64,000 nucleotides of DNA, from NCBI GenBank assembly GCA_049472215.1, contig JBLIRH010000006.1, positions 1,068-65,067 of the forward strand, in the 5' to 3' direction. This document shows, piece after piece, positions 1 through 6,949 of the stretch (position 1 is its first letter; every line of letters starts with the position of its first letter). The notes beneath the pieces are model-generated. The model was given only the letters and a program-made list of their open reading frames with translations. It did no database searches and was not told the DNA's origin. The position numbers were made by a program, and so were the translations under genes. This DNA is from Thermoplasmatota archaeon. Lineage in GTDB: Archaea > Thermoplasmatota > Penumbrarchaeia > Penumbrarchaeales > Penumbrarchaeaceae.

Positions 1-343
1 ACACCGTATCGGTGTTGTGGTTGTTCGAGATCATGGGGACCAGACCGATCCCGTTGTCCATGCAGAACCTCAGTACATCCGGGTCCTCCGTTTCATTGTG
101 GGTTGCCTGGATCGTCCCATTGGGGAGGACCCAGTACCAGTAGGGGGATACATCATCGATCACACCCACCCAATCCTGAAGGCTCTTGATGGTTGACCTG
201 TCCCAGGGGAACGTCCAACCTGCGATATAGAGGTCTCCTGAAGCTTTTGAAGGAACGGCCTCGATAGAAGCGGAGTCCGTTAATGCAGGAAAAAAAAGGA
301 TCGTCACCAAAAGTAAGAGCGATACAGCCGCCCGCAGCCTCAT
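1..343 (-). CDS. Partial CDS (N-terminal 114 codons; the C-terminus lies beyond the window start): secreted GH18-like glycoside hydrolase
   Basis: Absent from the ORF track because it is open at the window edge. My reverse-complement translation from ATG at 343 gives MRLRAAVSLLLLVTILFFPALTDSASIEAVPSKASGDLYIAGWTFPWDRSTIKSLQDWVGVIDDVSPYWYWVLPNGTIQATHNETEDPDVLRFCMDNGIGLVPMISNNHNTDTV, with no stop down to position 1. The N-terminus is signal-peptide-like. The VSPYWY...VPMISN pattern recalls the N-termini of GH18 (YdhD/YaaH-type) barrels. Confidence 0.55.
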   Translation of the reverse strand, partial: MRLRAAVSLLLLVTILFFPALTDSASIEAVPSKASGDLYIAGWTFPWDRSTIKSLQDWVGVIDDVSPYWYWVLPNGTIQATHNETEDPDVLRFCMDNGIGLVPMISNNHNTDTV

Positions 344-482
344 GGGGATAATATTCACATTGTTCCCAGCACCCTCTGGACCTGTCATGTTCTCCCGATT
401 CCAACTAAGAATATGTTGGATATAAATAGGTATCCACATTCCTAGACATATTATATAATATCTAGAAAGGTCAGAGGGATCG

Positions 483-1526
483 TCAAAACTCCACTTTTTC
501 ATATATATTGTCCGACTGCACGACTCCCTTTTTCAGTTCTTTTTCCATGTCTTTTAGGGCAAGGATACGCCTGAAGGTCGGAGGATGAGTGCTCATCAAT
601 CCGCCCCATTTATCCCATGCGGACCTGTTAGCCTCGTCGGCCATGGCGAGTTCGAGCTCGTTCTCGTCGATGACACCATCCCCGTCGAGGTCGTATTTCG
701 AGCTGTTTTGGTAAATGCGGTCCATCTCCCTGTGGGCGTTCTGGACATCACCGATATAGAACTGTCTAAGACCTTCCTTGGCCTTCTCCTCGGGTGGGGC
801 CAGCGAGAGACCGTAGGTGATCTTGGTGAGGGCGGAAGCCAGAGCATGGGGGTCCTTTGTGGTGAATCCGGAAAATGCGTCAGCATAGAATTCCCTTATC
901 CTCGAAAGCCTCTTTATGAGAAGCATCGAAAGATAGTAGACAATGGCCGAGACGAGTCCGATGGCGAGCATCACAAGGAGGGTTTTTCCTGCATCACGCC
1001 CTCTCGGTGCGAACCTCACCATGAAGAGTAGCTGCATTCCCCACATCGCTATGGCAGGGAGAACTGAAAGTATTGTCATGTACATGCAGTCCCGATTCTT
1101 GATGTGTCCTATCTCGTGGGCAATGACCGCTTCAATCTCGCTATCGTTGAGGAGTTCAAGGATCCCCCTATGTACTGCGAGTGTTGAACCTTTCTGCGAG
1201 AGGCCGAAAACGAAGGCATTCGGTATAGGGTCTTCAACGATGCCAAGTTTCGGCATGGGGATGTCAGCCTCCTTGGCGAGCCTGGACACCATCTTCTCGA
1301 GGTACGGTATCTCACCTTTCTCCAGGTATCTCACCCTCGAGGACAGCTTCATGATGAAGGGCGAGATGGCAACATAGATGACGGTGATGAGCAGAAATAT
1401 TATGGTCATTATTAGATAATTGACCCCGATCAAGACCCCTATAATGAAGGCGAACAGGGCGAATATGAGAAAAAGTATCCCCATGAAGAAGTACGAATTT
1501 ATCTTGAGGGTCGATATTGAGGCCAT
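483..1526 (-). CDS. htpX: Peptidase M48 family membrane zinc metalloprotease HtpX, with an inserted EF-hand loop
   Basis: 347-aa ORF with N-terminal and central hydrophobic TM stretches. It has the HEIGH (HExxH) motif and the downstream REFYAD and STHPP..RRI motifs typical of HtpX. DLDGDGVIDENE is a canonical EF-hand loop. A TATA-like ttatatat lies about 25 nt upstream. Confidence 0.85.
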   Translation of the reverse strand: MASISTLKINSYFFMGILFLIFALFAFIIGVLIGVNYLIMTIIFLLITVIYVAISPFIMKLSSRVRYLEKGEIPYLEKMVSRLAKEADIPMPKLGIVEDPIPNAFVFGLSQKGSTLAVHRGILELLNDSEIEAVIAHEIGHIKNRDCMYMTILSVLPAIAMWGMQLLFMVRFAPRGRDAGKTLLVMLAIGLVSAIVYYLSMLLIKRLSRIREFYADAFSGFTTKDPHALASALTKITYGLSLAPPEEKAKEGLRQFYIGDVQNAHREMDRIYQNSSKYDLDGDGVIDENELELAMADEANRSAWDKWGGLMSTHPPTFRRILALKDMEKELKKGVVQSDNIYEKVEF

Positions 1527-1790
1527 GGGGGAAAATCGTTAAGGGATATATAATGCTTAATCGATGATGTCCCAATTATCCAAGGAGGTCTTAATATTCA
1601 GATCACTCAGGATGTAAAGTGCAACAACTGCGGAGCCCCCCTTTCACTTAAGTCAGGGGAGGTCATTATTACCTGTGATTTCTGCGGGACCGCATTCAAC
1701 GTCGCTTCCGGGAAGAAGTTCTTCCTCGAGCATTCCATACTTCCATCCAATGTCGATGAGAAGAAAATAGAGGAGATAATCAAGAGGTGG

Positions 1791-2390
1791 ATGGGGGACG
1801 GACCCCTAAAACCATCCAACCTCCAGGCCAAGGGGAAGATCACCGACAAGGCACAGGTCTTCCTGCCATTTTATGTGGTTCACGTTAATGTGTCAACTGG
1901 TTACCACGGTTTCTTCACCAGGGGTGGCGGAAAGGATGAAAGGAGCGGCCATCTTAAGAGGGAATATTTCTGGAAGATACTCGGGAGGAGGGGATCGAAA
2001 TTCCCCACCAAGGAGTACGAGATCCCCCTGTCGGGAAAGGAGGATTTCAACCTCTCGAAGATACCGTATGGAGCAAAATACCTTAACGCCGAGGTCGATG
2101 AGAAGGACGCAGAGGACCTTGCGAAGGTGGAGGTCCAGGACCACCAGAAGTTCCTGATCTCCGAGCAGATCAACGATATCAAGAACATCCATCATACCTT
2201 CGAAGTATCGGATATCGAGTTCGTCCATGCCCCCGTCTGGAGAGTGGATTATATCTACAACCAGACGGAATACCAGGTGCTGGTCTGTGGAAATACCGGG
2301 ACCATAATCAGAGGCGATATTCCGCCCCCGGACCAGTCTGTTGGAGGCTTCTTCTCCGATATAAAGAGGGCATTTGTTGGAAAGAGATAA
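1791..2390 (+). CDS. Hypothetical protein. The reading frame continues upstream (from 1554) through a CxxC...CxxC zinc ribbon that has no canonical start codon
   Basis: The ORF-track ATG is at 1791. In the same frame, 1554-1790 is open and encodes ...DVKCNNCGAPLSLKSGEVIITCDFCGTAFNV.... A GGAGGT Shine-Dalgarno sits at 1584-1589. No family was recognised for the C-terminal part (VHAPVWRVDYIYNQTEYQVLVCGNTGTIIRGDIP). Confidence 0.6.
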   Translation: MGDGPLKPSNLQAKGKITDKAQVFLPFYVVHVNVSTGYHGFFTRGGGKDERSGHLKREYFWKILGRRGSKFPTKEYEIPLSGKEDFNLSKIPYGAKYLNAEVDEKDAEDLAKVEVQDHQKFLISEQINDIKNIHHTFEVSDIEFVHAPVWRVDYIYNQTEYQVLVCGNTGTIIRGDIPPPDQSVGGFFSDIKRAFVGKR

Positions 2391-2397
2391 TCTGACC

Positions 2398-3564
2398 TCA
2401 CTCAAGTTTGTATCCGCAGTTGGAACAGAACTTTGTACCCGCTGCCAGGTCGGCCTTGCATCCAGGACATTCCATGGTCTGTTTGGAACCACAGTTGGAG
2501 CAGAACTTCGCTCCCTGGGCGACCGGCTTTCCGCATTTTATACAAGGTGTCTCCCCTGAAACGTTCTGGCCGCATTTCGGGCAGAACTTGGCCCCTGCGG
2601 CGATATCCGCCCCGCATTTTGGACATTTCTGTCCAGCCGCAACTCCGGGCTGCTGGGCGCCCCAGGGATTCTGTGCGTTGGGGTCCATTCCGGCTCCAAC
2701 GGCACCGGTCATCCCGTAACCCATTCCAAGACCCGCTCCGAGACCGACACCCATACCTGCCATATTGCCGCCCGCACCCTCGTTCTCGGCAGCCTTGACC
2801 ATGGCCTGACCGGCCTGGTACTGCATATAATTGACGCCCAGGGCTTGAAGCTCCCCGCGCTTGTCGATGGCTTCCTGTATCTTGTCGGGCAGATTGAAGT
2901 TCAATCCGGTTATCTTCGAGATCTCCACACCGTACCTTGCGGTATCGTCGCTTATCCTCGCGAGTAGGATCTGTTCCATTTCTTCGAGGTAAGCAGGGAC
3001 ATCAATTATGGCCATGTTCTTGTCCCTCTTGAGCTCCCCCAGTATGTCGTTGAGAGACATCACTATCTGGTCCCTGAACCAGTCAACGATCTGGGAGGTG
3101 GTCCCCCTGCTTTCCGTTCCAATGAACTGGGTGATGAAAAGAAGAGGGTCCTTGACTTTGTAAGAATACTGCCCGAAAACCCGCACTCTTACCATTCCGA
3201 AATCCGTATCGCGGAAGGCAATTGGCTCCTTGGTACCGAACTTTCCGCGCATCTCCCTTCTCTGGAGATAGTAAACCTCGCCGATCTGCCGGACGCCGGT
3301 TAGGTCCTGGAACTTGTCGGCAATACCCCATGTCATGATGTTCTGTGTCGTCAAAGCGTACCTTCCCGGTCTGTCGAAAACTGTGAGGGCTTTTCCATCC
3401 CGGAAGAACACAGCATACTCGTCCTCCTTCACGACGATATTATCGTTCCAGACGATGTTCTTGGGGATCTTCCATATTACTTCCTCCCCCTTGTCCATCC
3501 ACTGATAAGTGTCGCCTCCGGCGACACTCGGCTGTCCACCCTTCAACTTATCTATGATTCCCAT
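2398..3564 (-). CDS. SPFH/band-7 domain protein (YdjI-like) with a Gly/Ala/Met-rich linker and three C-terminal zinc ribbons
   Basis: 388-aa ORF with a strong SD (aggaggtg) 8 nt upstream of the ATG. The N-terminal ~280 aa resemble cytosolic SPFH proteins of the YdjI / virion-core-protein-like type. The C-terminus is CPKCGADIAAGAKFCPKCG, CIKCGKPVAQGAKFCSNCG, CPGCKADLAAGTKFCSNCG. Confidence 0.8.
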   Translation of the reverse strand: MGIIDKLKGGQPSVAGGDTYQWMDKGEEVIWKIPKNIVWNDNIVVKEDEYAVFFRDGKALTVFDRPGRYALTTQNIMTWGIADKFQDLTGVRQIGEVYYLQRREMRGKFGTKEPIAFRDTDFGMVRVRVFGQYSYKVKDPLLFITQFIGTESRGTTSQIVDWFRDQIVMSLNDILGELKRDKNMAIIDVPAYLEEMEQILLARISDDTARYGVEISKITGLNFNLPDKIQEAIDKRGELQALGVNYMQYQAGQAMVKAAENEGAGGNMAGMGVGLGAGLGMGYGMTGAVGAGMDPNAQNPWGAQQPGVAAGQKCPKCGADIAAGAKFCPKCGQNVSGETPCIKCGKPVAQGAKFCSNCGSKQTMECPGCKADLAAGTKFCSNCGYKLE

Positions 3565-3576
3565 TCTTCACACCTC

Positions 3577-4116
3577 CTATTTGGATGTCTGGGCGACATT
3601 GGTCACCTTTGCGATCCTCTGGCTGAAGACATCCTCGAAATTTTCCAATGAATTTCTCATTGAGACGAGTCTTTGCATCCTGTCCGGGGCCTTGTAAATG
3701 GATGCTTCCTCGAGGATCCTTGCCTCATCAAGAAGCATGGTGATATGGTCGACAAGGGAAAGGTCGTATTCATACAGTTTGTTCAGCTCGTCTTCCTCGA
3801 TCCTCACATCCCCCGATATCCACGGAGCGTACCCCTGCTCGGCATGGCGGACCTTTTCCGTGATCCTGTGTGAGATGTTGACGAGCTCGCCGATTCGGTT
3901 GATCAGGTCGAAATCCATGTCCTTGGCGATCTCTTCCCTGGACCTCTTCACCCTGTTCTCAACGTCGGACAGCTTCACGGCAAGTTCCTTTCTGAGCATG
4001 CTGTCCGCCGCTCTGAGGTCCTCGCAGGTCCTGTATTTCTTGTATCCTGGCAGGAAGTTCTGGAACTTCTTTATCCAGCCTCTGTCCTCGACAACCAGTT
4101 TCCTAATGTCAGCCAC
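3577..4116 (-). CDS. Hypothetical alpha-helical/coiled-coil protein, co-operonic with the SPFH gene
   Basis: 179-aa ORF with a GTG start. It ends 12 nt before the SPFH start. The composition is heptad-like and charged (KELAVKLSDVENRVKRSREEIAKD...). There is no TM segment and no recognised family. Confidence 0.6.
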   Translation of the reverse strand: MADIRKLVVEDRGWIKKFQNFLPGYKKYRTCEDLRAADSMLRKELAVKLSDVENRVKRSREEIAKDMDFDLINRIGELVNISHRITEKVRHAEQGYAPWISGDVRIEEDELNKLYEYDLSLVDHITMLLDEARILEEASIYKAPDRMQRLVSMRNSLENFEDVFSQRIAKVTNVAQTSK

Positions 4117-4212
4117 TTTTCCAACTCCCGTAGTTCATAATTCCAATCATGGAATTTATATTCTCCTCTGGATGAGGGTAATGATACTGCGGATTTAAGC
4201 CTAATGGATAAT

Positions 4213-4875
4213 TCATATCCTTTTGAACATCATCAACACATGTTCAGGACTGGCCATTCCTTTTTTAACAGGGCTGAACCCTTCATGGGATACCAGGGCC
4301 TTCATCTCCTCGAAGGAGAGCCTGTGGTCCCTGGGAGGCCCGTGGACAACATTGTCCTTGTCCCATTCTATAAGTGAAAGCAGGCCTCCGATCTTCAATT
4401 TGCTTCTGATGTTCGAGATCACGGCTGCCTCTTCTCCGTTGAATACGAAGCCATGCATGACATTCGAGAGAAAGAAATGGTCCAGTGTCGCATCCTCGAC
4501 CGGAAGCTCACCCCGAACATCGACCAATCCTATTGTGATGTTACTGATCCCAAGGGAGGAGACCTCCTCCGTGAAAGAGTTCAAGGATGGTTCGTGGATA
4601 TCGAAGGAAAAGACATGACCGGTCTCCCCAACCAGATTAGATGCCGCTATCGAGAAATGACCGTCGGCACACCCGGCATCAAGGAACCTCTGCCCTTTTG
4701 TAACACCGATCATCCTGAGGACAGCGATATCATCGAACGTCCCCCTCGAGGTAAGACCGTGGTGTTCGTGCCTTTCTCCATGTGAATGTCCATGTCCATG
4801 ATCATGACCTTCCATCCTATCGGGCCTCCGTGAACAGTCAAGTTGGTAAGTTTTATATGGTCTATAATCATGCAC
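4213..4875 (-). CDS. Class I SAM-dependent methyltransferase with a His-rich N-terminus
   Basis: Motif I FLDAGCADGHFS, followed by a typical Rossmann-fold MTase pattern (VFSFDI..., LKIGGLLSLIEW). The N-terminal segment is GHDHGHGHSHGERHEHHG. An alternative start is at M21. Confidence 0.75.
   Translation of the reverse strand: MHDYRPYKTYQLDCSRRPDRMEGHDHGHGHSHGERHEHHGLTSRGTFDDIAVLRMIGVTKGQRFLDAGCADGHFSIAASNLVGETGHVFSFDIHEPSLNSFTEEVSSLGISNITIGLVDVRGELPVEDATLDHFFLSNVMHGFVFNGEEAAVISNIRSKLKIGGLLSLIEWDKDNVVHGPPRDHRLSFEEMKALVSHEGFSPVKKGMASPEHVLMMFKRI
4861..4869 (+). promoter_or_regulatory. Candidate TATA box for tRNA-Val
   Basis: tctataatc is centred about 27 nt upstream of the mature tRNA 5' end (4893), which is the typical archaeal TATA-to-TSS spacing. 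Confidence 0.35.
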
Positions 4876-4892
4876 CCTAAATACTCCATCAC

Positions 4893-4969
<77 letters not shown>

Positions 4970-5181
4970 TCCATCTTTCTGCTATTATTTTGCATTTATT
5001 CATATTTTTTTAAATTAATGAAAGATGGATGCCCCGCCATACGGATTTGAACCTTGGTCTTGAGACATACTTGTCTCAAGGTGAGTTGAGATGCTTGCAT
5101 TTCGACGGAATCCTGGAAATCCGAGGTTGCCGTATCCGAGGATTTGTAGGTGCGCACAATTCCGAAGGAATTGCTGCTGCA

Positions 5182-5201
5182 TCGAATCCGGGCGGGCCCA
5201 C
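5182..5201 (+). repeat. Exact 20-nt duplicate of the tRNA-Val 3' end (att-like direct repeat)
   Basis: tcgaatccgggcgggcccac is identical to 4948-4967. There is no complementary 5' T-stem or acceptor strand upstream, so this is not a tRNA. Confidence 0.85.
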
Positions 5202-5349
5202 TAATCACTTTTTCCAATTATTTTTAGATTTAATAAAGTGATTAGTGGGAATCAATTTCTCATTGTATTCTTCCCGCCCGATGTAATTGAAGTGAGATTA
5301 TCGGTTAGACAAAGGAGCTGCGATCGTATTTTCTTTCTCCGTGTCACCG

Positions 5350-5365
5350 ATCCGAGCGGGCCCAC
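5350..5365 (+). repeat. Third, degenerate copy of the tRNA-Val 3' end (15/16 nt)
   Basis: atccgagcgggcccac compared with atccgggcgggcccac at 4952-4967. Confidence 0.7.
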
Positions 5366-5509
5366 TGCATTATTGGTTGGAAAACCACCTTTTCAGTATA
5401 TTATATAGATATTGACCGTCATATCACATTTCACTCGAACACATTAACCTGAGCGATCGTAGGTGCCATAGGAACAGATATCCGAAGAGAGCGGGGAAAG
5501 TGAAATACG

Positions 5510-6892
5510 ATGATCGACGTGATCAAGGTCATTTATCTGTTGCTAATAACTTCTTTCTTTTACTTCCTGGTCATCAGATTGTACATTAAAAAAGAGCCGT
5601 TCGGTCGGAAGGAATGGGTCCTTACCCTTCTGGTCCTGGGCCTATCCATCGTCCTCTACGTAAGGTTCGTGATCAACGACCTTATCTTGATAGCCCCCTC
5701 GGACGAGGCCCTGTATGTCGATCTTGCCGCTGATGTCACCGCCGGTCAGGATGCTCCAACCTCCGGTCCAGGTTTCCTTTACGCTGTTCTTCTGGTCTGT
5801 TCTATGACCGGATGGCCCGTGGAAAATATCATTGCGATCTCCGGTCTTTTACTCGGATCCGCTTATCCGCTTATCATATATCTCATCTACCGGAAGCATA
5901 TGGCTTCAAGAGAAGAAGCCGTGTTTTCACTCATATTCATATTCTCCACGAGCTATCTTCTATGGCCCATGATAGAGGCGCGCCCCCAACAGGCGGGGAT
6001 GCTTCTTGTTCTCGTCGGAGGACTGCTCTACCACTTGTACCTTGACAAAGGAAAACACATGGCTCCCGTGATCTTGATCTGCCTGTTCACATTCTTTTGG
6101 CACGTACTTTCCTTCTTGATCCTGATGGGACTCATATTCCTGCTATGGTGGTTCGCATTCCTTGAAGATCGGACCAACATCAGAAAGATCGTATGGCCGT
6201 TCATCATATCGATATTCGGACTGTTCATCTTCATTGCTCCAATTCCCCTCTATTCCGGGATGTATGGAGGGATCAGATATACCCTGGACCATTCCAGCCT
6301 ATCCATCATACGTAACAGGTATTTCTTGACCGCCTTCATCGTGGTCTCCCTCCCTGTTCTCGTTCTCCTGACGAGATACCTGAAAAAGATCGACATTGTT
6401 GACAGGCTCAAGAGGACCGGTGTAAAGTACTCGAAGATCTTGATGATCATCTTCATTTCCATCCTGATCCTGGGGCTTTGCCTCCAATTCTACCTTAACA
6501 GAGAGATCCATATCGAAAAATACCGGGGGTCCTTCCTGCTTTTCCTCATCCTCCAATCCGGTAATTTCTTCTTCGGCGCCATGTTCATGATCGGGTTCTT
6601 CAGGTCGATGGGAAATAACAACTTCCAAGATCCTTACTTCAGATCAGTGATAATGCTCATGCTGATAGGGATCGGATCACTGGTGATCTCGATCTTCTTA
6701 CCCATACACTTCAACAACTGGGCGATCAGGATGATCAACTACTGGACCCTTTTCGCTGCCCCCTTGGTTGCAAGACAGGTACTTATCATGGACCCCAAAT
6801 GGAGGAAGGTCCTGATCCTCATCTTGCCCCTTTTCATAGTCCTGAGTCTGATCAATATCTCAAGGGACCCCACGATACTCGGATTCCCCTGA
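5510..6892 (+). CDS. Polytopic membrane protein, possibly a GT-C-fold (ArnT/PMT-like) glycosyltransferase or glycan polymerase
   Basis: 460-aa ORF with roughly 12 hydrophobic helices. An acidic SDEALYVD motif sits in the first predicted external loop, as in GT-C enzymes. The gene lies at the edge of the glycan island. Confidence 0.55.
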   Translation: MIDVIKVIYLLLITSFFYFLVIRLYIKKEPFGRKEWVLTLLVLGLSIVLYVRFVINDLILIAPSDEALYVDLAADVTAGQDAPTSGPGFLYAVLLVCSMTGWPVENIIAISGLLLGSAYPLIIYLIYRKHMASREEAVFSLIFIFSTSYLLWPMIEARPQQAGMLLVLVGGLLYHLYLDKGKHMAPVILICLFTFFWHVLSFLILMGLIFLLWWFAFLEDRTNIRKIVWPFIISIFGLFIFIAPIPLYSGMYGGIRYTLDHSSLSIIRNRYFLTAFIVVSLPVLVLLTRYLKKIDIVDRLKRTGVKYSKILMIIFISILILGLCLQFYLNREIHIEKYRGSFLLFLILQSGNFFFGAMFMIGFFRSMGNNNFQDPYFRSVIMLMLIGIGSLVISIFLPIHFNNWAIRMINYWTLFAAPLVARQVLIMDPKWRKVLILILPLFIVLSLINISRDPTILGFP

Positions 6893-6949
6893 TACCGAAT
6901 ATAAGGGATCGGACCGAACGGGTCTCATCTCGATCCAATGAAGATCGGA

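Noticed and set aside
153-404. 83-aa minus-strand ORF from the track at the window start
   Set aside because: It is in a different frame from, and fully overlaps, the edge-truncated GH18-like CDS (1-343). That CDS has a signal peptide and a family-like motif. The 83-aa product is Arg/Gly/Cys-rich with no features.
1893-2492. 199-aa ORF antisense to the 1791-2390 gene, plus other short ORFs in 1870-2800
   Set aside because: These are shadow ORFs on the opposite strand or an alternative frame of well-supported genes. They have low-complexity Arg/Ser/Pro-rich translations and no start context.
5029-5205. Possible intron-containing or split tRNA spanning the T-loop-like fragment and the second tRNA-Val 3' copy
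   Set aside because: I tried to pair acceptor and T-stems on both strands. The candidate T-stem (CAAGG/CCGTA) has mismatches at 2 of 5 positions. The candidate acceptor strands fail at 1 to 3 positions depending on the register tried. No D-arm or anticodon arm could be placed.
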